NCBI RefSeq assembly: GCF_002352205.1 | Contig: NZ_DEHZ01000014.1 | Coordinates: forward strand, 97,047-161,046 | Direction: 5' to 3' | Length of the DNA: 64,000 bases | Source of the DNA: Flavobacterium sp. UBA2787 | Lineage (GTDB): Bacteria; Bacteroidota; Bacteroidia; Flavobacteriales; Flavobacteriaceae | Part shown: piece after piece, positions 46,621-56,901 of the stretch | Layout: each line of letters starts with the position of its first letter | How positions within the stretch are numbered: the stretch's first letter is position 1 | Translations under genes and position numbers: made by a program | The notes under the pieces: model-generated | What the model was told of the DNA's origin: nothing | Database searches by the model: none | What the model saw: the letters and a program-made list of their open reading frames with translations, nothing else

Positions 46621-48477
46621 ATGTCAGAGCAAAATCAATACACCGAAGACAATATTCGTTCCCTCGATTGGAAAGAACACATCCGAATGCGACCCGGTAT
46701 GTATATCGGAAAACTGGGCGATGGTTCGTCCCCCGATGATGGTATCTACATTTTACTGAAAGAAACGTTAGATAACTGTATCGATGAATACGTTATGGGT
46801 GCCGGAAAAACGATCGAAGTGACCATTAAAGATAAGTTGGTAACCGTTCGTGATTACGGTCGTGGAATTCCGTTAGGAAAAGTTGTCGACGTGGTTTCAA
46901 AAATGAATACCGGAGGTAAATACGATTCAAAAGCCTTTAAAAAATCAGTTGGTTTGAATGGAGTTGGAACAAAAGCCGTGAATGCCTTGTCCAATTATTT
47001 CCGTGTGGAATCCGTTCGTGACAACCAACAAAAAGCAGCTGAATTCTCTGCCGGAAATTTAACGTTGGAAGAAGACATTCAAGAAACAACCAAACGTCGC
47101 GGAACCAAAGTAGCGTTTATTGCCGATGAAACGATTTTCAAAAACTACAAATACCGTAACGAGTATATCATCAAAATGCTCAAAAATTATTGTTACCTCA
47201 ATACGGGATTAACAATTTATTATAACGGCGAAAAGTATTATTCTGAAAATGGTTTAAAAGATTTATTAGAAGAAAATATTACGGAGGAAGATATGATTTA
47301 TCCAATCATTCATCTTTCGGGAGACGATATTGAAATTGCTATCACACACAGTAAATCACAGTATTCAGAAGAGTACCATTCATTCGTTAACGGACAAAAT
47401 ACAACGCAAGGAGGAACGCATTTGAACGCATTTCGTGAATCAATTGTAAAAACCATTCGTGAGTTTTATAAAAAAGATTTTGATCCGTCAGATATCAGAA
47501 AATCAATTGTTTCGGCAATTGCAGTTAAAGTTGAAGAACCGGTTTTTGAAAGTCAGACTAAAACCAAATTAGGTTCTACAGATATTGGACCAAAAGGGCC
47601 GACGGTTCGTACATTCATTAACGATTTCATTTCGAAAAAACTCGATAACTTTTTACATAAAAATCCTGAGGTTGCCGATTCACTTTTGCGGAAAATTCTT
47701 CAAGCAGAACGAGAACGCAAAGAACTTTCCGGTATAAGAAAGTTAGCGAAAGACAGAGCAAAGAAAGCGAGTTTACACAATAAAAAATTACGCGATTGCC
47801 GAGTGCATTTAACCGATGCCAAAAATCCGAGAAGTTTAGAAAGTACACTTTTTATCACGGAGGGAGATTCGGCTTCTGGTTCGATTACCAAATCTCGTGA
47901 TGTTAATACACAAGCCGTGTTTAGTTTGCGAGGAAAGCCGTTGAATTCGTATGGTATGACAAAAAAAATCGTTTATGAAAACGAAGAATTCAACTTGTTG
48001 CAAGCCGCTTTAAATATCGAAGAATCGATGGAAGATTTGCGTTACAACAACATCGTAATCGCTACCGATGCCGATGTGGATGGTATGCATATTCGTTTGT
48101 TGTTGATTACGTTTTTCCTGCAATTTTTCCCGGAATTAATCAAAGACGGACATTTGTATATTTTGCAAACGCCTTTGTTCCGTGTTCGAAATAAAAAAGA
48201 AACGATTTATTGTTATTCGGAACAAGAACGAGTAGATGCCATCGAAAAATTAAAACCAAAACCGGAAATCACCCGATTCAAAGGATTAGGAGAAATTTCG
48301 CCCGACGAATTCAAGAATTTTATTGGGGAAAGTATTCGATTAGATCCGGTTATGTTGGATAAAGCTACTTCCATCGAAACCTTGTTGGAATTTTACATGG
48401 GTAAGAATACCCCGGATAGACAAGAGTTTATTATCAATAATTTGAAGGTGGAGTTGGATACGATTGAGAAGAATTAA
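46621..48477 (+). CDS. parE: DNA topoisomerase IV subunit B
   Basis: GHKL ATPase ([22 protein letters not shown]), Toprim (EGDSA, DADVDG). 618 aa, in the same locus as a ParC-type A subunit. Confidence 0.88.
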   Translation: MSEQNQYTEDNIRSLDWKEHIRMRPGMYIGKLGDGSSPDDGIYILLKETLDNCIDEYVMGAGKTIEVTIKDKLVTVRDYGRGIPLGKVVDVVSKMNTGGKYDSKAFKKSVGLNGVGTKAVNALSNYFRVESVRDNQQKAAEFSAGNLTLEEDIQETTKRRGTKVAFIADETIFKNYKYRNEYIIKMLKNYCYLNTGLTIYYNGEKYYSENGLKDLLEENITEEDMIYPIIHLSGDDIEIAITHSKSQYSEEYHSFVNGQNTTQGGTHLNAFRESIVKTIREFYKKDFDPSDIRKSIVSAIAVKVEEPVFESQTKTKLGSTDIGPKGPTVRTFINDFISKKLDNFLHKNPEVADSLLRKILQAERERKELSGIRKLAKDRAKKASLHNKKLRDCRVHLTDAKNPRSLESTLFITEGDSASGSITKSRDVNTQAVFSLRGKPLNSYGMTKKIVYENEEFNLLQAALNIEESMEDLRYNNIVIATDADVDGMHIRLLLITFFLQFFPELIKDGHLYILQTPLFRVRNKKETIYCYSEQERVDAIEKLKPKPEITRFKGLGEISPDEFKNFIGESIRLDPVMLDKATSIETLLEFYMGKNTPDRQEFIINNLKVELDTIEKN

Positions 48478-48479
48478 AA

Positions 48480-48521
48480 GTTTAGGAGTTTAAAGGTTTA
48501 AAAGTTTAAGGTGGTTTAAAA
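48480..48521. repeat. octamer tract (GTTTAGGA GTTTAAAG GTTTAAAA GTTTAAGG ..GTTTAAAA)
   Basis: Period 8. Begins 2 nt after the parE stop and ends 1 nt before the first TTG of the next ORF. Confidence 0.75.
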
Positions 48522-48522
48522 A

Positions 48523-49605
48523 TTGTTGCTATTGTCAGGAGAAATTCAAAATAAAGTGCTGTTTCAACAAGTTGTTGCGTTAGTAAAAAATGCTCAGCAA
48601 CAGGTTATTCGTACCATCAACTCAACAATGGTTTATACCTATTTTGAAATAGGAAGAATGATTGTAGAAGAAGAACAAAATGGAAAAGAAAGAGCAGCCT
48701 ACGGCAAACAAGTTTTAAAAGAACTTTCTAAGGAATTAACAAAGGAGTTTGGACGAGGTTTTTCTGTAGATAATTTGCAGAATATGAGGAAGTTATATTT
48801 TGTTTATTCAAATTACGAGACAGTGTCTAGTATTTCTAAAGTAGAAAATAAAAAATCCGAGACAGTGTCTAGTATTTCTTTGATAAGTGAAAAACCTGTC
48901 CTAACATTAAATTTCATTCTCACGTGGTCTCATTATATTTTTCTATTAAATATTGATGATAATAGTGAAAGAAAATTTTATGAAATCGAATCAGTAAAAA
49001 ACAATTGGAGTGTTCGTGAACTCAAACGACAATACGATTCTGCATTGTACACAAGATTAGCTTTAAGTAGAGACAAAGAAGGTGTTTTGAAATTGTCTCA
49101 AGAAGGTCAACTAATTGAAAAACCAAAAGACATCATTAAAGATCCATATATTTTAGAATTTTTAGGATTACCCGAATTGCATCAGTATTCTGAATCAGAA
49201 TTAGAACAAGAAATCATCAATAAACTAGAACATTTTTTGTTAGAATTAGGACAAGGATTTGCTTTTGTGTCTCGTCAACAAAGAATTTCGTTTGATGATA
49301 AGCATTTCAGAATCGATTTGGTTTTTTATAACAGAGTGTTGCGAAGTTTTGTTTTAATAGATTTGAAAATTGGCGAACTCAAGCATCAAGATTTAGGTCA
49401 GATGCAAATGTATGTGAATTATTATGACAGAGAAATGAGATTAGAAGGCGAAAACAAAACCATCGGAATTGTATTGTGTCAAAACAAAAGTAACTTATTG
49501 GTAGAATATACTTTACCGGAAGGAAATGAACAAATTTTTGCCAGTAAATACAAAACCATTTTACCAAGCAAAGAAGATTTTAAACGATTGATTGAAAGTA
49601 AATAA
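48523..49605 (+). CDS. YhcG/DUF1016-family PD-(D/E)xK nuclease-fold protein
   Basis: N-terminal helical domain, LTWSHYIFL, and nuclease core GFAFVSRQQRISFDDKHFRIDLVFYNRVLRSFVLIDLKIGEL. Only TTG starts are available. Confidence 0.8.
   Translation: MLLLSGEIQNKVLFQQVVALVKNAQQQVIRTINSTMVYTYFEIGRMIVEEEQNGKERAAYGKQVLKELSKELTKEFGRGFSVDNLQNMRKLYFVYSNYETVSSISKVENKKSETVSSISLISEKPVLTLNFILTWSHYIFLLNIDDNSERKFYEIESVKNNWSVRELKRQYDSALYTRLALSRDKEGVLKLSQEGQLIEKPKDIIKDPYILEFLGLPELHQYSESELEQEIINKLEHFLLELGQGFAFVSRQQRISFDDKHFRIDLVFYNRVLRSFVLIDLKIGELKHQDLGQMQMYVNYYDREMRLEGENKTIGIVLCQNKSNLLVEYTLPEGNEQIFASKYKTILPSKEDFKRLIESK
48816..48879 (+). repeat. perfect 22-nt direct repeat inside the YhcG-like CDS
   Basis: CGAGACAGTGTCTAGTATTTCT at 48816-48837 and 48858-48879 (42-nt offset, in frame). 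Contains the palindrome AGACAGTGTCT and duplicates the peptide ETVSSIS. Confidence 0.9.
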
Positions 49606-49630
49606 TATACTGAAAATAAATTCAGCATAA

Positions 49631-52330
49631 ATGAACGAAGACGAAGAAAACATCATCCCAGACGATGAAAACGAAGAACTGAACGAGTCAAGCCAAGAAC
49701 AAGGTTTTGACGACGTAAAAGTTTTTAGTAACAAACATTTTTACGAAAACGACGAAAACCCCGAAGATACCATCACCAAAGTGACTGGAATGTATAAGGA
49801 TTGGTTTCTCGATTATGCTTCCTATGTAATTTTGGAGCGTGCGGTTCCGGCTATTGAAGATGGTTTTAAACCGGTTCAACGCCGAATTATGCACTCGATG
49901 AAAGAACTCGATGACGGTCGTTACAACAAAGTGGCGAATATTGTTGGTCATACGATGCAATATCACCCACACGGAGATGCGAGTATTGGTGATGCGATGG
50001 TGCAAATCGGTCAGAAAGATTTGCTCATTGATATGCAAGGAAACTGGGGAAATATCCTAACCGGAGACAGTGCCGCAGCTTCCCGTTACATCGAAGCCCG
50101 AATTTCAAAGTTGGGTCACGATATTTTATATTCTCCAAAAATTACCGAATGGGGAATGTCGTATGATGGTCGTCGTGCAGAACCTGTCAATCTTCCGGTG
50201 AAATTTCCACTGTTGTTAGCTCAAGGTGCAGAAGGAATTGCCGTTGGTTTATCCACGAAAGTGCTACCACACAATTTCATTGAATTGATTGATTGTTCGA
50301 TTAAAATATTAAAAAACAAACCTTTTACCTTATTTCCCGATTTTCCAACTGCCGGAATTGCCGATGTTTCCAATTACAACGACGGAATGCGTGGCGGTCG
50401 TGTGCGTGTGCGAGCAAAAATTTCGCAATTGGACAAGCAAACGTTGGTGATTACGCAAATTCCGTTTTCTACCAACACCGGAACGTTGATTGACAGTATT
50501 TTGAAAGCCAATGAAAAAGGTAAAATTAAAGTCAAAAAAATTGAAGATAATACCGCAGCCGAAGTTGAAATTTTAATTCATCTTCCGCCGGGTGTTTCTC
50601 CTGATAAAACCATTGATGCGTTGTATGCTTTCACCGCTTGCGAAACTTCGGTTGCTCCGCTAGGTTGTGTGATTGAAAACCATAAACCGTTGTTTATCGG
50701 TGTTTCCGATATGTTGAAAATTTCGACCCATCGAACGGTGGATTTGTTGAAACGTGAGTTGGAAATTCAATTGGATGAACTCGAAAACAAATGGCATTTT
50801 TCTACGTTAGAAAAAATCTTCATTCGCGAAGAAATGTATATTGATTTTAAATTGTACTCCGACCGTGAATCGTTGTATACGTATATGTATGATCGATTTA
50901 AGCCGTTTTTAAAATCATTTGTTCGAGAAATTAATGATGATGATTTGCAGAAATTAACGCAAATTCCGATGATTCGTATCACACGATTCGATTCGGATAA
51001 AGCGGATGATGCCATTGCGAAGTTGGAAGCGGAAATGGAACAAGTGAAACATCATTTGGATCATATTATTGATTTTGCCATTGATTTCTTTTTGAAATTG
51101 AAAGACAAATACGGAAAAGGCAGAGAACGTCAAACCGAATTGCGAAGTTTTGATACGATTGAAGCAACGAAAGTAGTTTTACGAAACACCAAATTATACG
51201 TAAACAAAGAAGAAGGTTTTATGGGAACCGGCCTCAAAAAAGACGAGTATGTTGCCGATTGTTCCGATATTGATGATGTGATAGTTTTTCTCCGTGACGG
51301 AAAAATGATGGTGACGAAAGTAGATGACAAAAAATTCATCGGAAAAGATATTATTCACATTGCCATTTTTGATAAAAACGATAAGCGAACGATTTACAAC
51401 ATGATTTATCGCGATGGTAAAAATGGTTCCACTTTCATCAAACGATTCAATGTTTCCGGTGTGACGAGAGATAAATTTTACGATCTAACACAGGAAAAAG
51501 CAGGTTCGATGGTTTCTTATTTTTCGGCTAATCCAAATGGTGAAGCAGAAGTGGTTACGATTTTACTTCGTCAAGTAGGAAGCATCAAAAAACTAAAATG
51601 GGATGTAGATTTTGCCGATATTGCCATTAAAGGAAGAGCTTCCCGAGGAAACACCGTAACCAAATATCCGATTAAAAAAATCGAATTAAAGGAAAAAGGG
51701 ATTTCGACCTTACGACCAAGAAAAATTTGGTTTGATGACACCGTTCAACGTCTGAATGTAGATGGAAGAGGCGAGTTGTTGGGTGAATTCCGTCCGAATG
51801 ATCGAATTTTAGTTGTAAATCAATCCGGAAAATTAAAAACAATCATTCCTGAATTGACAACACATTTTGATGAAGATATGGTTGTGTTGGAAAAATGGCA
51901 TCCTAAAAAACCAATTTCTGCTATTTATTATGATGGGGAAAAAGATCGCTATTTTGTGAAACGATTCTTAATTGAAAACGAAAACAAAGAAGAAATTTTC
52001 ATCACCGAACACGAAAAATCGCAGTTAGAAATTGTTTCAACTGATTGGCGACCGGTTGCAGAGGTTATTTATGCCAAAGTAAAAGGAGTTCAAAAAGACA
52101 ATCAAACGGTTGATATTGAACAATTTATTGCTGTAAAAGGAATAAAAGCTCTTGGAAATCAGTTGACGACGGATAAAATTAAGCAAATCAATCTGTTAGA
52201 ACCTTTACCTTTCGAAGAACCGGAAGAAGAAGCACCTGAAGAAATGGAAGTTTCAGGAGAAGATAATGTTTCCGATGATATTCAAACGGAATTGGATGAT
52301 GATGGTCAGATAACGTTGAGTTTGGATTAG
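49631..52330 (+). CDS. parC: DNA topoisomerase IV subunit A
   Basis: GyrA/ParC N-terminal domain (RAVPAIEDGFKPVQRRI, AASRYIEAR with the catalytic Tyr) and a beta-pinwheel C-terminal domain. Acidic N- and C-terminal tails. Confidence 0.88.
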   Translation: MNEDEENIIPDDENEELNESSQEQGFDDVKVFSNKHFYENDENPEDTITKVTGMYKDWFLDYASYVILERAVPAIEDGFKPVQRRIMHSMKELDDGRYNKVANIVGHTMQYHPHGDASIGDAMVQIGQKDLLIDMQGNWGNILTGDSAAASRYIEARISKLGHDILYSPKITEWGMSYDGRRAEPVNLPVKFPLLLAQGAEGIAVGLSTKVLPHNFIELIDCSIKILKNKPFTLFPDFPTAGIADVSNYNDGMRGGRVRVRAKISQLDKQTLVITQIPFSTNTGTLIDSILKANEKGKIKVKKIEDNTAAEVEILIHLPPGVSPDKTIDALYAFTACETSVAPLGCVIENHKPLFIGVSDMLKISTHRTVDLLKRELEIQLDELENKWHFSTLEKIFIREEMYIDFKLYSDRESLYTYMYDRFKPFLKSFVREINDDDLQKLTQIPMIRITRFDSDKADDAIAKLEAEMEQVKHHLDHIIDFAIDFFLKLKDKYGKGRERQTELRSFDTIEATKVVLRNTKLYVNKEEGFMGTGLKKDEYVADCSDIDDVIVFLRDGKMMVTKVDDKKFIGKDIIHIAIFDKNDKRTIYNMIYRDGKNGSTFIKRFNVSGVTRDKFYDLTQEKAGSMVSYFSANPNGEAEVVTILLRQVGSIKKLKWDVDFADIAIKGRASRGNTVTKYPIKKIELKEKGISTLRPRKIWFDDTVQRLNVDGRGELLGEFRPNDRILVVNQSGKLKTIIPELTTHFDEDMVVLEKWHPKKPISAIYYDGEKDRYFVKRFLIENENKEEIFITEHEKSQLEIVSTDWRPVAEVIYAKVKGVQKDNQTVDIEQFIAVKGIKALGNQLTTDKIKQINLLEPLPFEEPEEEAPEEMEVSGEDNVSDDIQTELDDDGQITLSLD

Positions 52331-52355
52331 GTTTTAATTTCAAATCAAAATAAAA

Positions 52356-52395
52356 AAAAGGTTCGCAAAGAGAATAATTCCCTTGCGAACCTTTT
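52356..52395. terminator. bidirectional rho-independent terminator
   Basis: AAAAGGTTCGCAA pairs with TTGCGAACCTTTT (13 bp). A-run and T-run flanks, between convergent genes. Confidence 0.85.
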
Positions 52396-52411
52396 TAATT
52401 TGAAATAATAA

Positions 52412-52849
52412 TTAGCTTAATGTAAGTTGAAAAACAACCGATTCATTTTCGCCGGAACCTTCCACAAACATAATTAGTTCTTTAATTTCATCGTTTTTTC
52501 CGCTCTTTACTAAAAATTCAACTTCTTTTCCTCCGTCATTAATTCGCATTAATTCTTCAAATTCTTTAGATTTTTTGAATTTTTTAGCAATAGATTTCAT
52601 TTCGCTCCGCAAGTTTGTATCGCTGGTGGAATACATTTTAAATGATGTGATACGATTGATAAAATCTACGACTTTTTTATCTTCTGAGGATAAATTTTCT
52701 TTTTCTGATAAATTACCAATTAAAGAGAATAAACTCTTGTTCATTGAAACTCTACTCACATTTTCTTCTTTTTCAAACTTTTCAAAAGATTGAGCAAAAG
52801 AAGAAACGGAAATAAAAAGTACAGCTACAGCACAAATTAATTTTTTCAT
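52412..52849 (-). CDS. DUF4252-domain protein
   Basis: Signal peptide. FEKFEKEENVSRVSMNKSLFSL pattern. Last gene of an ECF sigma cluster. Confidence 0.65.
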   Translation of the reverse strand: MKKLICAVAVLFISVSSFAQSFEKFEKEENVSRVSMNKSLFSLIGNLSEKENLSSEDKKVVDFINRITSFKMYSTSDTNLRSEMKSIAKKFKKSKEFEELMRINDGGKEVEFLVKSGKNDEIKELIMFVEGSGENESVVFQLTLS

Positions 52850-52921
52850 GATTGATTGTTTTTTGATTAATAATATATTGAAGACGAATCAATTGTATTA
52901 TTGTAACATTCAATCTTAAAA

Positions 52922-53491
52922 TTATTTCACTTGATTAAGAAATTCAATCAATTTTAATTCTTTCTTAATTTGTTTGATTAAAAAATAGCCAAAGACAAAG
53001 AAAAATCCATAACCACTCACTAAACAATAGATATAAAATCCGTTGCTGAAATTAGCTTTAAAAGTCGGCAAAAGCATAGTAAAACCAATAAAATAGCTGA
53101 TGTAAATAATTGGTGTTAGGATCAGATGAATCTTTTTTCGCCATTCATAAAATGTTTTTACTTTTTGAGAATAGTCTATTAATGATAAATCCGGTTTTAT
53201 GCTTTTTAGTTTGGTTGAACTGTTGATTTCCAATATAATTCTAAAAAGTAGCATACAAATCATCACACTCAATCCAATCGTGAGTGAATTAAATTGATGC
53301 GAATTCGTCCAAAAAAAGTAAAACAATAAAATCAAAACGGTCACAGAAATAATTCCGATTGTCCAATAATGATTGTGTTTTAAGGTTTTGGTATGTTCAT
53401 TTGCTTTAGCAATTAATGCCAAAGCAGTGGTGTTTGGTTTGGCCTCCGATTGTGAATTCCAAATTTCTTGTATGTTATTAAATTCTGTCAT
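52922..53491 (-). CDS. multi-TM membrane protein, candidate anti-sigma partner
   Basis: Taken from ATG 53491 (MTEFNNIQEIWNSQ), which overlaps the sigma gene stop (ATGA). 4-5 TM helices. Confidence 0.5.
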   Translation of the reverse strand: MTEFNNIQEIWNSQSEAKPNTTALALIAKANEHTKTLKHNHYWTIGIISVTVLILLFYFFWTNSHQFNSLTIGLSVMICMLLFRIILEINSSTKLKSIKPDLSLIDYSQKVKTFYEWRKKIHLILTPIIYISYFIGFTMLLPTFKANFSNGFYIYCLVSGYGFFFVFGYFLIKQIKKELKLIEFLNQVK

Positions 53492-53973
53492 TTTTGTACA
53501 CATTGAGTTAAACTTTTTTTAATGCGATGAATTCGAACTCGAAGCGTTTCTTCGGTCAAACCCACCACTTGAGCAATTTCGCTATACTCCATTCCTTCTA
53601 AAACCATCAGAATAATCATTTTTCCCATTTCATCGAGTTTTTGAATACAAGCGTACATTTTGCTTAATTTTTCTTCAATTTCAGGAGAATAATTTTCTGT
53701 TTCAAGGTTTGGAAATTGATCAGAACGAATTTCTTTTTTAATTGATTTCTTTCGTAAATACACCAAACACGTGTTTACAGCTATTCTGAAAATCCAAGTA
53801 CTTAAGCTGGACTCATTTCTAAACGAATCTAAATTCTCCCAAACTTTAATGAAAACTTCTTGGGAAGCATCGGCAGCCAAATCAGAATCGCCATTGAAAT
53901 ATCCTTTGCATAATCGCAAAACCTTGGGATAGTGTGTGTTGAATAGTTCGTTAAATTGGGATTGCTTTTCCAA
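53488..53973 (-). CDS. ECF-type RNA polymerase sigma factor
   Basis: Region 2 (DASQEVFIKVWENL...WIFRIAVNTCL) and region 4 (EYSEIAQVVGLTEETLRVRIHRIK). Confidence 0.85.
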   Translation of the reverse strand: MEKQSQFNELFNTHYPKVLRLCKGYFNGDSDLAADASQEVFIKVWENLDSFRNESSLSTWIFRIAVNTCLVYLRKKSIKKEIRSDQFPNLETENYSPEIEEKLSKMYACIQKLDEMGKMIILMVLEGMEYSEIAQVVGLTEETLRVRIHRIKKSLTQCVQK

Positions 53974-53974
53974 G

Positions 53975-54811
53975 TTATTTCAAATTTTCGATTAGATTTT
54001 TCATAAACCATTCCGGTTGATCATACATTACAAAATGAGCAGCATTTTCGGCATAACTTATTTTTACAGAAGGTAATTTTTCAAATTGTGCTTGATAGGT
54101 TTTTTCAACCGTAGCTTTATCAGGAAATGTAGCAGCTAAGATAATCACAGGAACTTTTATTTTTGAAATTTCTTCTCTCAAATCTAAATTCAACATATCA
54201 ATATAACCATTAACGTAAGTTTTTCGATCGGCTTTATTCATCATTTCAATAATTACTTTTTGCTTTTCTTGATTTTTACACATAAACTGAACTTGTTGTG
54301 CATTCATTCCTTTGAAAGCAATTTCATCCATTTGCAACATCATTTTACTTTGCGGATTATCATACGAAATTTTTTCTCCATTGTAATTCGGAATCATCAA
54401 GGCGGCAGAGCAGGGAAGAGCATCTACAGCAATCACTTTTTTAAATAAATTAGGTTCAGAAGCTGTCAACCAATAACTCAATGTTCCACCCAAACTGTGC
54501 CCAATTAAAGTAGGTTTATTGATTTTATTTGATTTGGTATAAGTAATAATTTCTTCTTTGATAGTAGAAAACCAAGGCATTTCAATAGGATCAACATCAC
54601 CAAAACCGGCAAATGTAAAAATGTGGCATTCGTGGGTTTTAGAAAGTTCGGAAACAGTATCGTTCCAAAGTTCACCCGTGCATCCAAAACCTGGAAATAG
54701 AAAAACGGGTTCTCCTTTTCCTTTGATAGTTACGTCAAATGATTTTTGAGCGTACATTGAAGTTACTAATGAACTTACAAGTGATAAAATAAAAAATGTA
54801 ACAGTTTTCAT
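53975..54811 (-). CDS. secreted alpha/beta hydrolase
   Basis: Signal peptide, PGFGCTG, nucleophile elbow GHSLGG. Confidence 0.8.
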   Translation of the reverse strand: MKTVTFFILSLVSSLVTSMYAQKSFDVTIKGKGEPVFLFPGFGCTGELWNDTVSELSKTHECHIFTFAGFGDVDPIEMPWFSTIKEEIITYTKSNKINKPTLIGHSLGGTLSYWLTASEPNLFKKVIAVDALPCSAALMIPNYNGEKISYDNPQSKMMLQMDEIAFKGMNAQQVQFMCKNQEKQKVIIEMMNKADRKTYVNGYIDMLNLDLREEISKIKVPVIILAATFPDKATVEKTYQAQFEKLPSVKISYAENAAHFVMYDQPEWFMKNLIENLK

Positions 54812-54884
54812 AAGTTGTGATTTTTAAAAGTTTTCCTTTTGATTCATCACAATGAAAATTGTTACATCTTTTTTTATTTTTTTT

Positions 54885-55661
54885 CTAATGGACGCTTTTC
54901 TTCCTCATTTTCATATTAATAAATTCCACAGCTAGTGAAAAAGCAATAGCAAAATAGAGATAGCCTTTTGGAACAGCACCTACTTCTTGACCGGCTAGAG
55001 TTGCGTGAGATAAGTGCATACTCTCGGTAATCAACATAAATCCGATTAAGATTAAGAAAGCCAAACCAAGTATTTGAATGGATGGATTTGCGTTCACAAA
55101 ATTACCAACCGGAACAGCAAAGAGCATCATTACACCCACTGAAATCACTACAGCAGTTACCATGATATAAAGAGCACCTTCAATACCATTTGTCATTCCG
55201 ACTGCAGTTAAAATACTATCCACAGAGAAAATTAAGTCAATTAAAAGAATTTGAAAAATCACATTTCCAAACGATTTGGCAGCAGATATTTTTAAATCTT
55301 TTTCATCTTCGCCTTTATGATCTACTTTTTCGTGAATTTCTTTAGTACTTTTATAAATCAGAAACAATCCTCCTAAAAATAATACTACTGCTTGTCCGGT
55401 AAATCCTCCACTAAACCAACCCCAATCAACAGAGAACCAAGGAGCTTTCATTGCAATTAAAATGGATATTCCAAAAAGCAACGCAATTCGCATAAACATT
55501 GCCAAAAATAAACCGATTCGAGTGGCTTTTTTTCGCTTTTCTTGAGGTAATTTTCCGGTTACGATGGAGATAAAAATAATGTTATCTATTCCGAGAATAA
55601 TCTCAAGAAAAGTCAATGTCAAAAGGGCAATCCACGCATCGGGACTAGCAAATACTTCCAT
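54885..55661 (-). CDS. TerC-family integral membrane protein
   Basis: Paired LGIDNIIF and FSVDSILTA motifs, ~7 TM helices. Confidence 0.85.
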   Translation of the reverse strand: MEVFASPDAWIALLTLTFLEIILGIDNIIFISIVTGKLPQEKRKKATRIGLFLAMFMRIALLFGISILIAMKAPWFSVDWGWFSGGFTGQAVVLFLGGLFLIYKSTKEIHEKVDHKGEDEKDLKISAAKSFGNVIFQILLIDLIFSVDSILTAVGMTNGIEGALYIMVTAVVISVGVMMLFAVPVGNFVNANPSIQILGLAFLILIGFMLITESMHLSHATLAGQEVGAVPKGYLYFAIAFSLAVEFINMKMRKKSVH

Positions 55662-55695
55662 AAAATTTGATGTGATTAATTATACTTATACGCAA

Positions 55696-56064
55696 CTAGT
55701 CTACTTTTGTTACAACGCCTTTCTGCTTAGTCGCCTCGCCCACAAAAGAATATTCAAATGTATAGTTTTTTTCGTTTGTTGTTAAAATTTTCATGTGAAT
55801 TGCTTTTTTTTCTTTCATGCCTTTTGGATGAAGCTTTTGCAAGACAAATTCGCAATCATTTAACCACCGAACGGAGGAAGAATCTGTTTTTCCACGGAAG
55901 GTTTCTATTTGTAAAGTATCATTTCGTTCAAAAATTGAAATCTCTTTTTTGCCATCAATTTCTTGTTCAAATTGAAATTTCCCAGTTTTGAAATCAGCAC
56001 AATTTCGTTCTTGTTGATAGCAGGAAATAAGGAATAAACTAAGAAGTGGAAGTAATTTTTTCAT
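55696..56064 (-). CDS. hypothetical lipoprotein
   Basis: Lipobox LFLISC. The ATG overlaps the upstream stop (ATGA at 56061-56064). Confidence 0.5.
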   Translation of the reverse strand: MKKLLPLLSLFLISCYQQERNCADFKTGKFQFEQEIDGKKEISIFERNDTLQIETFRGKTDSSSVRWLNDCEFVLQKLHPKGMKEKKAIHMKILTTNEKNYTFEYSFVGEATKQKGVVTKVD

Positions 56065-56639
56065 TTTAATTTTTTTAATTCATCATCAGTAAAATTCTTA
56101 ATGCTTTTCTCTTTAGAAAATTTATCTGCATTATAATTGTTCGATTTATTTTTGGGAATGGATAAACTTTGCCATTCGGTTTTTTTCAACATTTTGGCAT
56201 AAAAAACAATTTGACCAATGTGGTAAGGATAATGAGCCAATTGACGATTTATGGCTTCTATAACTGTATGGCCTTCGTTTCTGATGTAAATAATTTCGTC
56301 CAGTTGTTCCGGTTGTAAACCATTTAATGCATCAAATAAACATTGCCAACCTTTTTCCCAATGAGCTACAAGTTCAGGTTTGGTTGTGAAAATTTCTTCA
56401 AATTCAGCATCACGGTTTCGCCATTCTTTTTCGCCGTCGGTGGTTAGAAAGTCGGTCCATCGCGAAAGCATATTTCCCACCATATGATTCACAATAATTG
56501 CAATGGAATTTGTGTCTTCATTCACAGAAATAAAAAGTTGCTCCGGTTCAAGTTGTTCCATTGCTTTTTCTCCCAACGTTTTATAGTAAAGAAATTGTTT
56601 TTTGACACTTTCGAGGTAATTAGTTTTCGTTTCCATCAA
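56061..56639 (-). CDS. DinB/DUF1572-family protein
   Basis: Four-helix-bundle-type His pattern (IVNHMVGNM...HTVIEAINRQLAHYPYHIGQI). Confidence 0.65.
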   Translation of the reverse strand: MMETKTNYLESVKKQFLYYKTLGEKAMEQLEPEQLFISVNEDTNSIAIIVNHMVGNMLSRWTDFLTTDGEKEWRNRDAEFEEIFTTKPELVAHWEKGWQCLFDALNGLQPEQLDEIIYIRNEGHTVIEAINRQLAHYPYHIGQIVFYAKMLKKTEWQSLSIPKNKSNNYNADKFSKEKSIKNFTDDELKKLK

Positions 56640-56847
56640 ATAAACTTTTCATCATAATTTTTATTCCTCTAAACATAAATGAAACCGCAGTAATACAGAC
56701 AAAGATACCTACACCCAAAACGATGTAATGAATCCAAGTATGTTTGTTCATAAACGCATTATGAATGAGGATTGGTCCCAAAAACATCAAAGGAATGGAA
56801 CCTACTGCATATTTTATTCCTTTAAAGAGGAGTTCTTTGTTGTCCAT
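56620..56847 (-). CDS. small 2-TM membrane protein
   Basis: 75 aa, two hydrophobic helices. First gene of a tightly overlapped three-gene set. Confidence 0.45.
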   Translation of the reverse strand: MDNKELLFKGIKYAVGSIPLMFLGPILIHNAFMNKHTWIHYIVLGVGIFVCITAVSFMFRGIKIMMKSLFDGNEN

Positions 56848-56854
56848 ATTTTTT

Positions 56855-56884
56855 AAGTTGCTAAGGTTATGAGTGACTGAGTTT
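56855..56884 (+). repeat. 30-nt direct repeat, copy 1 (downstream of murQ)
   Basis: AAGTTGCTAAGGTTATGAGTGACTGAGTTT; 23/30 identical to 57782-57811. Confidence 0.65.
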
Positions 56885-56901
56885 CTATGGTAGATTAATG
56901 C

